A stretch of 57,949 bases of DNA from a bacterium (GCA_013204185.1 JABMOI010000189.1:1-57949), one strand, 5' to 3'; positions 1 to 10,362 are shown, counted from the first letter of the stretch. Made by a program: numbers and translations. Notes: a model not told the origin generated them from the letters alone.

Positions 1-1256
1 AAGGACTGAACGGCAATTAGACGGTCTGATTGAGTAAACAAATCGTGATAATACACGAAGGAAGTGTACATATTTCTGAGTTGAGACAGACCGCCTTCAA
101 GTGCGCGAGTAATTCCGAGGTCTAGAGAATAGTAAGAGTATTCATAGTGACCTTGTTTCAATAGAATTCGCCCTTCGTACCAGGAATTCAATTCATCCCA
201 ATGCAGTTCATAACGGGCGGAAGGGGTCCAGTTGTTAAAACTACCGATTAAAGAGATCCGCTCTTGGACTTGCTGAGCATCTGGAGGAATAAATCGAAAC
301 ACCGCGTTTATGTATTCCGAAGAGTAGTCCGGCTCAGTAACGAAACGATTGGCAGACCGAATCACCGTTTTGCCATTAATAAAGGGAGCCAGTTGAGTTC
401 CGGGAAATCGGGCGTTGTCCGGCTCAATTTCGACTCTCCAGGGAATTGGCTGTTGATTGACGCGCTCAATACGGCCACTTGTGCGCAATTCCGATAGGTC
501 AATAAAATAGTTAGCAGGAGCCGGATCGAATGAATCCTCTCTATCTGTAATAAATGCCAAGTCAGGCAGTACATCTAGCGTAGGACGATCTATGCAGGCG
601 GGTGACTCCAAAGCGGCGTTCCGCACAAAGCACACAGCGTAGTCAAAGGCGTTAGAATTGGCGAAAGGAGGCTGAAATCGGACAAATGGGCGGATGGAGG
701 ACGTTCGGCGACCAGGCATCATAATGAGATCCAGGTTCATTTCGACGGACGTGGCTTGCTCCGTGACGTAAAACCGCCGCTCAAACAAGGACTCTTCCTC
801 CCTCCCTTGTTCACTCACTCTCAAGATGTAATTCCCACTTACCTTGAAGTCGATGGACCGATTGGGAAAGAGGTACTCGTAGTGGACATATGGGATGACG
901 GTCGCACCAGACGATCCGTAATCTTGAATTGTGTCGTTGTGAAAACCAGAGAGCACTTCAGAAGGCGAAAGGTCTGGCTTCCAGTTTCGATCTGCGTGGT
1001 AAAAATACACCGATAAAGGACGCGAGTCGGTCTCAACTAGGTCAAACGCCAATCTTAGGCTTAAGCCTGACCCAAGCTCTACAATGGGAAGTGAGGTTTC
1101 ATTTTCCCCTGCATGAATTTGAACGGAATGAACCTCCGGGCTATCTAAAACAGCTTGAGCCTGCTCACGTTGAGCTTCACTTTCATTCTCCACTTTATCG
1201 AGGGTGGCACAAGACCATCCAAGAAGGCAAACAACTATGAGGGATATGAATCTCAC
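1..1256 (-). CDS. DUF5103-like lipoprotein (T9SS plug-family candidate), partial: 3' end lies beyond the window edge
   Basis: Not in the ORF track because it has no in-window stop. Manual minus-strand translation from GTG 1256..1254 stays open to position 3. It begins MRFISLIVVCLLGWSC (lipobox-like) and runs to ...GSFNNWTPSARYELHWDELNSWYEGRILLKQGHYEYSYY, a CBM/E-set-like tail I associate with DUF5103. The GTG overlaps the upstream TAG (TAGTG), suggesting translational coupling. Confidence 0.6.
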   Translation of the reverse strand, partial: MRFISLIVVCLLGWSCATLDKVENESEAQREQAQAVLDSPEVHSVQIHAGENETSLPIVELGSGLSLRLAFDLVETDSRPLSVYFYHADRNWKPDLSPSEVLSGFHNDTIQDYGSSGATVIPYVHYEYLFPNRSIDFKVSGNYILRVSEQGREEESLFERRFYVTEQATSVEMNLDLIMMPGRRTSSIRPFVRFQPPFANSNAFDYAVCFVRNAALESPACIDRPTLDVLPDLAFITDREDSFDPAPANYFIDLSELRTSGRIERVNQQPIPWRVEIEPDNARFPGTQLAPFINGKTVIRSANRFVTEPDYSSEYINAVFRFIPPDAQQVQERISLIGSFNNWTPSARYELHWDELNSWYEGRILLKQGHYEYSYYSLDLGITRALEGGLSQLRNMYTSFVYYHDLFTQSDRLIAVQS

Positions 1257-2140
1257 TATATAAACTTGTACGATATACCGACCGAAAATATCTCTTTGAA
1301 CTGAGCCCTTTCACTTACATCCCTGTCAAAAAGAACAGCCCATTCGACGTTCACTTGGAGCCAGGAATTCACTTTCATGTTGAGCACATTTTCCCAGATC
1401 AAATCGGGACTTTCAGGCTTGTTAAATGCAGCAAACAGACCTGCTGTAGACTTTAGGAATACGTTTTTGAAAATCTCTTTGTCAAAATCGGTAAACGCTT
1501 CAAGTCCGATCTCTAGCCGAACCGTCTTGTCTAGACTCATCTTGTAGAGCGGTCTCAGCTTTTCGATCATAACTACTGTTTCCTTTCCACCTATACCAAC
1601 GCGCTGACTAATCCAAGGTTTTGCTTGGTAGGTCATCCCTATGGACTGCGTAAACGTTCCAGGGGACATAAAATCCGACACTTTAATGGGCGGAGTCCTG
1701 CCGTCCCCTAGCGGGTTTTTCTCGAAATTAAACCCAGCTGTAAACTGCGTACGAGCCATGAAGGCTATCGTAGGATGCAGTTTATCTAAAAACCCAACGC
1801 CCGAATAATTAAACATTGCAGACAACCGGATTAAATCTTCAGCTTTGCGGAAATCAAGTGTATCCTGCTTAACGAGTCCGAAACTCAACTTACCCGTCGT
1901 TTTCTGAAGCCATCCAGACCTTTCTCGTTCAGCTTTGCCGTCAAGACCGACACTAAACGCAAATGTGTTAACACCACCCTCTGCCCAGTTTTGAAATCCC
2001 ACTTGCGAACCCGCGAGCTTAGCTACTACTTCGGGATTCCAAAGAGATGAATCTGGTTTAACTGTTTCCTGAGCAAGCGCGGTGGATGAAAACGAAAACA
2101 GCACCACGGCCGAAAGTACGAATAAGCGAATCCGAGTCAT
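1256..2140 (-). CDS. DUF3078-like outer-membrane beta-barrel protein
   Basis: ORF 1256..2191. The ATG at 2140 gives the signal peptide MTRIRLFVLSAVVLFSFSSTALA/QE, whereas the TTG at 2191 lies within 10 nt of the terminator hairpin. Alternating beta-strand pattern, QNWAEGG motif and aromatic C-terminus (ISYKFI). Confidence 0.7.
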   Translation of the reverse strand: MTRIRLFVLSAVVLFSFSSTALAQETVKPDSSLWNPEVVAKLAGSQVGFQNWAEGGVNTFAFSVGLDGKAERERSGWLQKTTGKLSFGLVKQDTLDFRKAEDLIRLSAMFNYSGVGFLDKLHPTIAFMARTQFTAGFNFEKNPLGDGRTPPIKVSDFMSPGTFTQSIGMTYQAKPWISQRVGIGGKETVVMIEKLRPLYKMSLDKTVRLEIGLEAFTDFDKEIFKNVFLKSTAGLFAAFNKPESPDLIWENVLNMKVNSWLQVNVEWAVLFDRDVSERAQFKEIFSVGISYKFI

Positions 2141-2196
2141 TAGCAATGAGAAGGGATTAGATAGGAGAAATAGTAAATCGAACTTAGACAAAATAG

Positions 2197-2227
2197 AAAA
2201 GGCCGTGCCAAACCGACACGGCCTTTT
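2197..2227 (-). terminator. Rho-independent terminator (bidirectional shape) downstream of the Hc1-like gene
   Basis: Stem ggccgtg (2201..2207) pairs with cacggcc (2217..2223) around a 9-nt loop, flanked by aaaa (2197..2200) and tttt (2224..2227). Confidence 0.7.
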
Positions 2228-2247
2228 CTAGAATTCCAAAACGGGTA

Positions 2248-2421
2248 TTAGTCGTTTTTCATATTCTGAACTTCAACGCGAATGTCCTGAGACATTGATT
2301 TCAAGTCCTGCATTGCTTTACGGACACGAGTGCCTGCAGCTTTATTTCCTTTTTCGTAGAACTTGCTAAAGTCATCTTCCAGTCCGTCAACAAAGCCTTT
2401 AAGATCGGCGAATCTACTCAT
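2248..2421 (-). CDS. Histone H1-like (Hc1 N-terminal domain) small protein, 57 aa
   Basis: ATG at 2421 within ORF 2248..2496. MSRFADLKGFVDGLEDDFSKFYEKGNKAAGTRVRKAMQDLK resembles the N-terminal helical domain of chlamydial Hc1 (EKGNKAAAQRVR...). It lacks a Lys/Ala-rich tail. Confidence 0.7.
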   Translation of the reverse strand: MSRFADLKGFVDGLEDDFSKFYEKGNKAAGTRVRKAMQDLKSMSQDIRVEVQNMKND

Positions 2422-2677
2422 TGGGATTCCTCTTTTTAATAGATGTGTTCTGTGACCGAGGAGTGCTGAAGTACACCTCGTACTAATCGCGCCCAAACTA
2501 AGCTGTTAAAGCTCACGAGTCAAGGAAATAACCTCATATTTTCTTGTTTTCGGGCTTTTATTCAAACTTAATGAGTTTTCTTCATCAACTTGACCGTGTT
2601 CAGCGCACCACCTAAAACGAAGAAACTGAGGTACTTCGATCTAAAAAACAGCGCTTAAAACTTAAATTTGGACAAAA

Positions 2678-3349
2678 TCAAAAAACAGGACCATGAACAC
2701 CCCAATTTGAGGCTTTTAGAATATTCTGGGCCTCATCAGACACAAAATGTGACGCCTTTCCTTCTGCTTTTCTCTTGGTTTCCCAGGTAAACCAGGATGT
2801 TTTTTCACCCTGGGACATCTTGTCTGACACGACATTGAAAGAGGCCCGATCACCAAAATGCTCTTGCAGTTTAGACGCCAAACGAAACGGATGGACGTCT
2901 TTCAAACAATCTTTTTCGTCTTTTACAACTGACATCAAGAGAGGTACAACTGCAGGCGCCGGCCAGAGTATGTTCTCAATTCCTTTTCTAGCAATAAGCT
3001 CACCTTCCTTAATTTGAACCATCCCTCGATCGTACGCCGTCATTCCAACCGCAGCAATACCTTCGTCTGTCATTCGCGTTGCCAGCTTCCTTTTTTCCTC
3101 GCTGAAAGTCAGGTCAAGTTCAGCAGAAACGGAAGCGGGAAATTCCAATTCACCGTCGGCAGATCTGTTGGACGGCAAACCCTTTTGAAACAGGATGCGT
3201 TCAGCGATTTCGGAAGACCCAACGACCACGCAAATCCAACGCCCAGTGCGCGTGGCGTTCGACAAAGAACGAATCAATTGATCCCAAAACATCAGGTCCT
3301 CTTGCGGCCGATAATCAACCAATAAAAATTCAGCAAAGATGGGAGCCAA
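2678..3349 (-). CDS. Hypothetical protein (possibly amino-acid-kinase-like fold)
   Basis: 223-aa ORF with a TTG start at 3349; an alternative ATG lies at 3292. Weak resemblance to the Asp/Glu/uridylate kinase fold (VVVGSSEIAE, AAVGMTAYDRGMV). No firm family call. Confidence 0.4.
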   Translation of the reverse strand: MAPIFAEFLLVDYRPQEDLMFWDQLIRSLSNATRTGRWICVVVGSSEIAERILFQKGLPSNRSADGELEFPASVSAELDLTFSEEKRKLATRMTDEGIAAVGMTAYDRGMVQIKEGELIARKGIENILWPAPAVVPLLMSVVKDEKDCLKDVHPFRLASKLQEHFGDRASFNVVSDKMSQGEKTSWFTWETKRKAEGKASHFVSDEAQNILKASNWGVHGPVF

Positions 3350-3476
3350 AGTGTGTCCTCAAGATATTAACAAGCGTTGATTCCTCTCCCGTGGTGGGCG
3401 TTATTGCAACCTACTAAATCACCCACTGAATTTTACCGCTTTCGCGTTAAGAACGTCCAAAAGTTGCTCGATATTT

Positions 3477-6400
3477 ATGGATTTCTGCCATCTTCACTGC
3501 CATACCCAGTACTCACTTCTAGATGGTGCAGCGCGCATAAAACGTTTGGTAGCGAAAGCGGAAGAATTCGAAATGCCTGCTCTAGCCATTACAGACCATG
3601 GTAACCTGTTTGGCGTCCCAGAATTTTACACGACAGCTTCGAATGCCGGTATCAAGCCAATTATTGGGTGTGAGTTTTATGTCACTCCGGTCACCATGGC
3701 CGACAAAACCAATCGAGTTCGATATCACCAGGTTTTGCTCGCAAAAAACGAAGAGGGATATAAGAACCTGATCAAGCTCTCCTCCCTTTCCTACACGGAG
3801 GGCTATTACTACAAGCCGCGCATTGACTTAAACGTGTTGAAGCAGCACTCCGGCGGCCTTATTGCGACCACCTGCTGCCTTCAGGGGCACGTGCTTCAAA
3901 CTATTCTAAAAGAAGGCGAAACAGCCGCTCGAAAAGTATTCGAGCAATACCTGGATATCTTCGGCTCAGACTATTACATCGAAATTCAGGACCATAAAAT
4001 TGCGGACCAGCACAAGTGCAACGCCGTTTTGTTACGGTGGGCTAAGGAGTATGAGGTCGAAATTGTAGCCACAAACGACGTTCACTATGTAGAACAGGAA
4101 GATGCCGCGGCTCAGGATGTGCTCCTCTGCCTCCAGACGGGGAAAGATCTCTACGATCCTAACCGCATGAAATTTGAGAATGACCAGTTCTACTTGAAGT
4201 CTGCCAAAGACATGGAGTTGGCGCTTCGGGACGTGGATGATGCTCAGGTAAAAAAGGCGCTTTCGAATACGCTGTCCATTGCGGATAAATGTAATTTTGA
4301 ACTGCCCATGGGGCAGCTGCTCATGCCGCACTTTCCGTTACCAACGGAATTTGCAAACGACATGGACGGATACCTGAAGCACTTGGTGTATCAGCGAGCT
4401 AAAGAAAAATGGGGCGTTTTAACCCTAGAGCAAACAGAACGGATAGACCATGAGCTCGGAATTGTGTCCGAGATGGGATATGCCGGATATTTTCTGATCG
4501 TTCAAGACTTCACGACGGCAGCTCGAACGCTAGGCGTGTCTGTTGGGCCAGGTCGAGGGTCTGCGGCGGGTAGCCTCGTGGCGTATTGCTTGGGAATTAC
4601 CAACGTCGATCCCATCAAGTATGATTTGCTGTTTGAGCGCTTCCTAAACCCGGAACGCGTATCCATGCCCGATATTGACATCGACTTTGATGATCGGGGT
4701 CGAAGCAAAGTCATTGAATACGTGGTCGAAAAGTATGGTCGTGAAAATGTGTGTCAGATCATCACATTTGGCACCATGGGAGCGCGGTCCGTGATTCGAG
4801 ATGTGGCCCGAGTGTTGCAGATTCCACTGCCTGAAGCAGACCGAATTGCCAAACTCATACCTGAAGGTCCTGGCGTCTCTCTTGAAAGCGCAATGTCGGA
4901 CGTGCCTGAGTTTAAGCGCCTGCTTCAAGACCCCAACGAACAAATTCGAAATCTGCTGCATTATGCCAAAGTGCTTGAGGGATCGGCAAGGCACACGGGA
5001 GTTCATGCGGCGGGCGTCATTATCGCGCCTGGGAATGTGAGTGAGTTCGTACCCGTTTCGGTGTCCAAAGGCAAGGGAAATGCCGATGACATCATGATGA
5101 CCCAATACGATGGGAAGTGGATTGAGTCCTTCGGGTTGCTCAAGATGGACTTCTTGGGATTAAAAACCTTGACCGTCATTGACGACGCCTTGGCTTTGAT
5201 CCATCAAGAGCACGGCATTAAAATCGATGTGGACACAATACCGCTGGACGACACGACCACCTACGAGCTTTTCCAGCGCGGTGATTCTGTTTCCATTTTT
5301 CAGTTTGAATCTAGCGGCATGCGTGAGTGGCTGAGAAAGCTTAAGCCAACAACGATTGACGACCTAATCGCGATGAACGCCCTGTACAGACCAGGGCCTA
5401 TGGACAACATCCCTACGTACATCAATCGAAAACACGGAAAAGAGGCCGTTTCCTACCATCACGAGATGCTCAAGCCGATTCTCGAGCCTACTTTCGGCAT
5501 TCCTGTCTATCAGGAGCAAGTTATGCAGATGGCCCAGGTCATGGGTGGCTATACGCTTGGTGGCGCCGATATCCTCCGGCGCGCAATGGGAAAGAAAAAG
5601 GAATCGGAAATGGTCAAGCAGAGGGCCATCTTTGTCGAGGGCGCCTCACACCGGGAAGTGACGGAGAAAACTGCCAACGAGGTGTTCGATCTCATGGCGA
5701 AGTTTGCGGGCTATGGTTTTAACAAATCGCACGCAGCTGCCTATTCCATTGTGGCCTATCAAACAGGTTTTTTGAAGGCGCATTATCCAGCTGAGTTTAT
5801 GGCAGCGTCCATGACGAACGAGATGTCCGACACGAAGAAACTGACCATCGTTTTGGACGAAGCGCGCCATCTAGGACTCGAGTTGTTGCCCCCAGACCTA
5901 AATAAGTCCAGAGCAAGGTTCACTGTTGAAAACGGAAAAATCAGATTTGGCCTTGGCGCCATCAAGGGCGTTGGACTCGGCGCCATCGAGGCAATTGAGA
6001 GAGAACGTGAAGCTTCGGGTCCGTACTCGACCCTCTTTGAATTTGCCAGACGAGTGGACCTCAGAGCGGTAAACAAGAAAGCAGTTGAAAGCCTAGCCAA
6101 AGCTGGAGCCATGGACCGAATGGAAGGACATCGCGCGCAGTTTGCAGAGGGAGTCGAACTCGCAATCCAGTACGGTCAAAAAATCGCTGCCGACAAAATG
6201 GCTGGAATGATCTCGCTGTTTGGAGAACCAGGAGGAGATGGTGCGGCAGGAATTGAGCCCACACTGCCAATGGTCGAACCTTGGGCCAAATCAAAATTGC
6301 TTAAGGAGGAGCGGGATGCCGTTGGGTTTTACGTTTCTGGTCATCCACTTGAAGCGTATTTGGCAGAATCTCGCGCATTTGCGTCGGCCCAAATCGCAGA

Positions 6401-6971
6401 TGCTCCTGCGATTGTAGAACGGGAAGGACCAGCTGAAGATGGATGGTCATTCCGTAACAACAGGCCTCAACATTCATTTTGTGGCATCCTAACAGAAGTT
6501 CAGCACCGAGTCAATAAGTCTGGAAAACCGTATGCACTTTGTCAGTTTGAGGACTTTACTGGACAAGCGGAACTTGTTTGCTTCTCAAATTCGTACGATA
6601 AGGTTCAGCAATACCTCAAAGTCGATGAAATCGTTTTGATCAAAGGGAGTTTGGAGATGCGAGGTGGAACGGCAAAAGTCATTGCAAACGACATCGCTCC
6701 CATGTGGAAGGTCAGAGAGCAAATGGTTAAGTCGCTCATCCTTAGGGTATCGGCTGCCGAGTTGCGCTCAGAACACGTCGACAGTCTCAATACGCTTGTC
6801 TCAGAGCACCGTGGCTCCTGCAAGCTCTATTTCGACTTGATTTCAGATGCCGATCCGAAGCCTTGTCGCATCTTGAGCCGGACGGCAGTAATCGACCCAA
6901 ATGAGGAAATGATGCGAGGTCTTGCGTCTATTTTTGGGCGCCGTGCAATAACTGTTGAGGGTGAGAGTTAG
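3477..6971 (+). CDS. dnaE: DNA polymerase III subunit alpha
   Basis: 1164 aa. PHP motif HLHCHTQYSLLDGA, polymerase core (GYFLIVQDF, MPDIDIDFDD, FNKSHAAAYS) and an OB-fold C-terminus. Confidence 0.97.
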   Translation: MDFCHLHCHTQYSLLDGAARIKRLVAKAEEFEMPALAITDHGNLFGVPEFYTTASNAGIKPIIGCEFYVTPVTMADKTNRVRYHQVLLAKNEEGYKNLIKLSSLSYTEGYYYKPRIDLNVLKQHSGGLIATTCCLQGHVLQTILKEGETAARKVFEQYLDIFGSDYYIEIQDHKIADQHKCNAVLLRWAKEYEVEIVATNDVHYVEQEDAAAQDVLLCLQTGKDLYDPNRMKFENDQFYLKSAKDMELALRDVDDAQVKKALSNTLSIADKCNFELPMGQLLMPHFPLPTEFANDMDGYLKHLVYQRAKEKWGVLTLEQTERIDHELGIVSEMGYAGYFLIVQDFTTAARTLGVSVGPGRGSAAGSLVAYCLGITNVDPIKYDLLFERFLNPERVSMPDIDIDFDDRGRSKVIEYVVEKYGRENVCQIITFGTMGARSVIRDVARVLQIPLPEADRIAKLIPEGPGVSLESAMSDVPEFKRLLQDPNEQIRNLLHYAKVLEGSARHTGVHAAGVIIAPGNVSEFVPVSVSKGKGNADDIMMTQYDGKWIESFGLLKMDFLGLKTLTVIDDALALIHQEHGIKIDVDTIPLDDTTTYELFQRGDSVSIFQFESSGMREWLRKLKPTTIDDLIAMNALYRPGPMDNIPTYINRKHGKEAVSYHHEMLKPILEPTFGIPVYQEQVMQMAQVMGGYTLGGADILRRAMGKKKESEMVKQRAIFVEGASHREVTEKTANEVFDLMAKFAGYGFNKSHAAAYSIVAYQTGFLKAHYPAEFMAASMTNEMSDTKKLTIVLDEARHLGLELLPPDLNKSRARFTVENGKIRFGLGAIKGVGLGAIEAIEREREASGPYSTLFEFARRVDLRAVNKKAVESLAKAGAMDRMEGHRAQFAEGVELAIQYGQKIAADKMAGMISLFGEPGGDGAAGIEPTLPMVEPWAKSKLLKEERDAVGFYVSGHPLEAYLAESRAFASAQIADAPAIVEREGPAEDGWSFRNNRPQHSFCGILTEVQHRVNKSGKPYALCQFEDFTGQAELVCFSNSYDKVQQYLKVDEIVLIKGSLEMRGGTAKVIANDIAPMWKVREQMVKSLILRVSAAELRSEHVDSLNTLVSEHRGSCKLYFDLISDADPKPCRILSRTAVIDPNEEMMRGLASIFGRRAITVEGES

Positions 6972-7092
6972 AGCTGTAATACGCCTCGCAAGCGAGCTAG
7001 GCAGCCGGGCGTTGCAACCAGACGCTAAACTGCCACGCCTCGCAACCAGGCGACAATCAACCTCGTAGGGTACCTGAAACAGTTTTTCTTTG

Positions 7093-8220
7093 ATGCGATT
7101 CTTTCTGCTCATCTTTTTAGTCTTAACCAGTGGATGTTCCTCCAAATTGGAGGAACTCCGAAAGGAATATCGACCATCTTCGGCCAGAGAAGCGTATTTG
7201 AATGCCCTCGAAGAAACCGGTATTTCTTTATCTGCCATGGCACAAGATTGGGTTCGCCAGGGAGATGATGCGCTTTTGACCCAGTTGTCCCCGTCGCTGC
7301 CCTTTGTGGAGGAAGGTGTGGTGGAGCCACTTCACATTGTGGCCCTCTCTTACCGCCTTGAACTCAAACGGGGACAACGGCTTACGGCTTCAGGCACTAT
7401 TTCGACAGATTCAGACCTTTTCATTGACTTATTTGATATACGGGAAGATCAAGGACTGCCTCCTCGGCGCATTGCATCCGCCGATTCCTCTTTTCAATTG
7501 GACCACGAAGTGACGCGAACCGGCGTCTATGTTCTAAGGGTTCAGCCAGAGATACTCGCCTCAGGTAATTTTAAATTGGAACTAAAAACTGAATCTTCCA
7601 TCGTTTTCCCGGTCGCTGGAAAGACCATCAAATCGATTCTTAGTCAGTTTGGAGTGCCCAGAGATGCGGGCAGGCGTCAACATCATGGAGTGGACATTTT
7701 TGCATCTCGTGGGACTCCCGTGCTTGCCGTTAAAGAAGGCCGCATAACTAGTACCAAGATTGGGGGACTCGGCGGAAAGACTGTTTGGCTTCGCGACAAC
7801 ACCGGCACCAGTTTTTACTATGCCCATCTAGATTCACAACTCGTCTCAAAGGGACAGTGGGTCCTTCCGGGAGATACATTGGGCTTCGTCGGGAATACGG
7901 GCAACGCGAGAACGACATCTCCCCACCTTCACTTTGGCGTTTACGCCGGTGGGCCACACGATCCATGGCACTACTTATACGACTCTCTTCCTGCTTCCAC
8001 GAAGCTAACTGTTAGCCCTGATCTGTTCGGCAAACACGTGACCCTCACCAGCGATTTACTTCGAACACCGAGTCGAAAGTCCCAAAGCATTCAGCCAATT
8101 AAAGGTCCGCTTAGGGCCCGGGTGGTGGGCGGGTCAGGCACGTATCTGCATGTACGTCTGGACAACATGACAGATGGCTTCGTACGGCAAGCCGATGTTC
8201 AGATTCCGTCTGAAGATTGA
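7093..8220 (+). CDS. M23 family metallopeptidase lipoprotein
   Basis: The ATG at 7093 directly follows the TTG at 7090. Lipobox LTSGCSS. M23 motifs HHGVDIF and [17 protein letters not shown]. Confidence 0.85.
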   Translation: MRFFLLIFLVLTSGCSSKLEELRKEYRPSSAREAYLNALEETGISLSAMAQDWVRQGDDALLTQLSPSLPFVEEGVVEPLHIVALSYRLELKRGQRLTASGTISTDSDLFIDLFDIREDQGLPPRRIASADSSFQLDHEVTRTGVYVLRVQPEILASGNFKLELKTESSIVFPVAGKTIKSILSQFGVPRDAGRRQHHGVDIFASRGTPVLAVKEGRITSTKIGGLGGKTVWLRDNTGTSFYYAHLDSQLVSKGQWVLPGDTLGFVGNTGNARTTSPHLHFGVYAGGPHDPWHYLYDSLPASTKLTVSPDLFGKHVTLTSDLLRTPSRKSQSIQPIKGPLRARVVGGSGTYLHVRLDNMTDGFVRQADVQIPSED

Positions 8221-8255
8221 AACCGAATCTCGTCCGAGGTGTGCTAAGGACGAAT

Positions 8256-8525
8256 ATGCTTCAAACCCTGACTTCCATACCCCGTAAACTGTTGGCTGGA
8301 CTCGTGAGAGGCTACCAACTTGTGATATCTCCTCATTTGGGTTCCTCCTGTCGTTATTCGCCTACGTGCTCTGAATACTCGATCCAAGCCTTGAAAAAGT
8401 ATGGGGCCATCAAAGGATTGATTTTAACAATCCATCGGGTTGTTCGATGTAATCCTTGGGGCGGTCATGGGCACGACCCTCCAATCTGGTTTTCAGAACG
8501 AAAAGAAGATCATGAACTGAAATGA
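8256..8525 (+). CDS. yidD: Membrane protein insertion efficiency factor YidD
   Basis: Hallmark [20 protein letters not shown]...[14 protein letters not shown] prefer the ATG at 8256 over the TTG at 8217, which overlaps the M23 stop codon. Confidence 0.85.
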   Translation: MLQTLTSIPRKLLAGLVRGYQLVISPHLGSSCRYSPTCSEYSIQALKKYGAIKGLILTIHRVVRCNPWGGHGHDPPIWFSERKEDHELK

Positions 8526-9025
8526 GTTATCAAGAGCACACTCAAACAGCAAAACATCACGCGGCTCAAGTGGCGGTGATTACTTGTTCAGATACTCGAA
8601 CCGAAGACAACGACACGAGTGGCGCGTTTATCGTTCAGTCCGTACGGGACTCGGGCCATGAGATTGTATCTAGCGTCATCGTTAGAGAAGACCCAGGCTT
8701 GCTACTACATTCGCTAGATACAGCCGTTCAAGCCGGCGCCACCATCGTGTTAATCAATGGTGGAACGGGGTTGTCCAAGCGAGACAACACGTTCGAGGCG
8801 TTGTCTGGGGCGCTGGAGTCGCCCCTGCCGGGCTTTGGCGAGCTTTTCAGATACCTCTCCTACGAAGAGATTGGTGCCGCCTCAATGCTTTCCAGGGCGC
8901 AAGCTGGGCGCTACCGCAATGCGATGGTGTTTTCAATGCCCGGCTCAACGCCAGCCGTAAAGTTGGCTATGACGAAGCTCATTCTGCCACAAATCGGTCA
9001 TATCGTTTCCGAATTGACGAAATAG
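8522..9025 (+). CDS. moaB: MoaB/MogA family molybdenum cofactor biosynthesis protein
   Basis: Motifs [18 protein letters not shown] and MPGSTPA. The ATG overlaps the yidD stop (ATGA). Confidence 0.75.
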   Translation: MSYQEHTQTAKHHAAQVAVITCSDTRTEDNDTSGAFIVQSVRDSGHEIVSSVIVREDPGLLLHSLDTAVQAGATIVLINGGTGLSKRDNTFEALSGALESPLPGFGELFRYLSYEEIGAASMLSRAQAGRYRNAMVFSMPGSTPAVKLAMTKLILPQIGHIVSELTK

Positions 9026-9064
9026 GCACTCATTAAGCCTGCTAAGCTGGCTTTTGGGACAGAG

Positions 9065-9130
9065 CGCCGCTTATTCGAAACGCCGCTTATTCGAAACGCC
9101 CTTTATTCGAAACGCCCTTTATTCGAAACG
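9065..9130. repeat. Tandem repeat, 16-bp unit x 4.1
   Basis: Copies at 9065..9080 and 9081..9096 (cgccgcttattcgaaa) and at 9097..9112 and 9113..9128 (cgccctttattcgaaa), plus cg. The last copy supplies the final codons and TAA stop of the permease gene. Each unit contains TTCGAA. Confidence 0.95.
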
Positions 9131-10336
9131 TAAAGCATCAATCGGATTAAGCGAGGCAGCTTTTCGTGCCGGGTAAAATCCAAAAAAGATGCCGACGGCT
9201 GCCGAAAAGGCAAGTGCAATGAAAATAATCTCGGGAGAGACGGCGGTGCTCCAGCCTGTAAAGGAGGCCAAAATGCGCGCACCTCCAATTCCGATGGCAA
9301 CACCCAGTGCCCCGCCAAAAATACTCATCACAATAGACTCAATGAGGAACTGAGTAAGCACATCTGACCCTCTCGCCCCAATGGCCATTCGAATTCCAAT
9401 TTCTCGGGTTCGCTCGGTTACTGATACCAACATGATGTTCATGATGCCAATACCGCCAACAAGGAGCGAAATTGAAGCAATGGCCGCCAGCAACATGGTC
9501 ATGACCTCTGTCGTGCCTTGTGCAGCTTCGCTCAGTTGGTCCTGGTTCTTGATTTCAAAATCGTCCGGCTCCCACGCAGCCAATCCATGAGCCTCACGCA
9601 TAATGGCTTTGAGCTCCACCTGGGCTTTCTCAATGTCATTCGAAGAATAGGTATTGGCCAGAATCTGCCGAATGAACGTAAAGTTGGAAAGCCTTCTTTG
9701 AACGGTCAAATAAGGCGCTAACGCCACGTCGTCCTGATCATTTCCTTCTGGAGTTTGACCTTTTTTGGCGAGGACGCCAATCACTTCGACCGGCACATTT
9801 CGCACGAGAACTCGCTGTCCAACTGGATCGTCGTTTGGAAATAGGTTCTCGGCAATGGTAGCTCCCAAGACCAATACTTTCTTACCGGTCCGTTGCTCAG
9901 ACGCATCGAAAAACCTTCCAGATGTTAATTCCCAGTTGCGAATAACTGGATAGTCGATGGTCACGCCATGAATGGTGGATCGCCAGTTTCCAGTTCCACC
10001 CACGATTTGAGTTCGAGTAAAAATGACAGGCGATACGCCAGCAACGTACGCTGATTCGGCCATGATTTTATCGGCGTCCGTATCCTTCAACCGGTTAAAA
10101 CTACCTGAACCCTGGCTAACCCCACCTGCATTACTAGAACCTGGAGTAATAACCAACATGTTGGTACCCAAATTCTGAATTTGCGCAGCAATCTGTGACT
10201 GCGCACCCTCTCCAATGGCAACCATCACGATTACCGCGCCAACCCCGATAATGATGCCAAGCATCGTTAACAGAGTTCTCATCTTGTTCTTGACGATGCT
10301 CTTGAGCGCAACCTTGATTAATCTAGTAGCCCGCAT
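9119..10336 (-). CDS. ABC transporter permease, MacB-type (periplasmic domain plus FtsX-like TM bundle)
   Basis: 405 aa. N-terminal TM KMRTLLTMLGIIIGVGAVIVMVAIG, a large periplasmic domain, then three C-terminal TM helices. Confidence 0.9.
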   Translation of the reverse strand: MRATRLIKVALKSIVKNKMRTLLTMLGIIIGVGAVIVMVAIGEGAQSQIAAQIQNLGTNMLVITPGSSNAGGVSQGSGSFNRLKDTDADKIMAESAYVAGVSPVIFTRTQIVGGTGNWRSTIHGVTIDYPVIRNWELTSGRFFDASEQRTGKKVLVLGATIAENLFPNDDPVGQRVLVRNVPVEVIGVLAKKGQTPEGNDQDDVALAPYLTVQRRLSNFTFIRQILANTYSSNDIEKAQVELKAIMREAHGLAAWEPDDFEIKNQDQLSEAAQGTTEVMTMLLAAIASISLLVGGIGIMNIMLVSVTERTREIGIRMAIGARGSDVLTQFLIESIVMSIFGGALGVAIGIGGARILASFTGWSTAVSPEIIFIALAFSAAVGIFFGFYPARKAASLNPIDALRFE

Positions 10337-10362
10337 GTGCGATCTCTTTCGTGTAAATTGGG

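Noticed and set aside
264-1240. Short track ORFs on both strands (264..497, 362..574, 756..1016, 839..1036, 929..1240).
   Set aside because: One uninterrupted minus-strand frame from GTG 1256 to the window edge, with a lipoprotein signal and a coherent protein sequence, explains the whole region. The short ORFs are shadow frames.
4032-6294. Antisense or out-of-frame ORFs inside dnaE (for example 4032..4331, 4644..5105, 5783..6112, 6061..6294).
   Set aside because: They lie entirely within a confidently identified 1164-aa gene, and their products are Arg/Ser/Leu-rich with no motifs.
6843-7238. 131-aa minus-strand ORF spanning the dnaE / M23 peptidase junction.
   Set aside because: It overlaps the ends of two well-supported plus-strand genes and has no recognisable features.
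9065-9130. Tandem direct repeats considered as a possible CRISPR array.
   Set aside because: The units are contiguous 16-mers with no spacers, and no cas genes are present. This is a simple tandem repeat.
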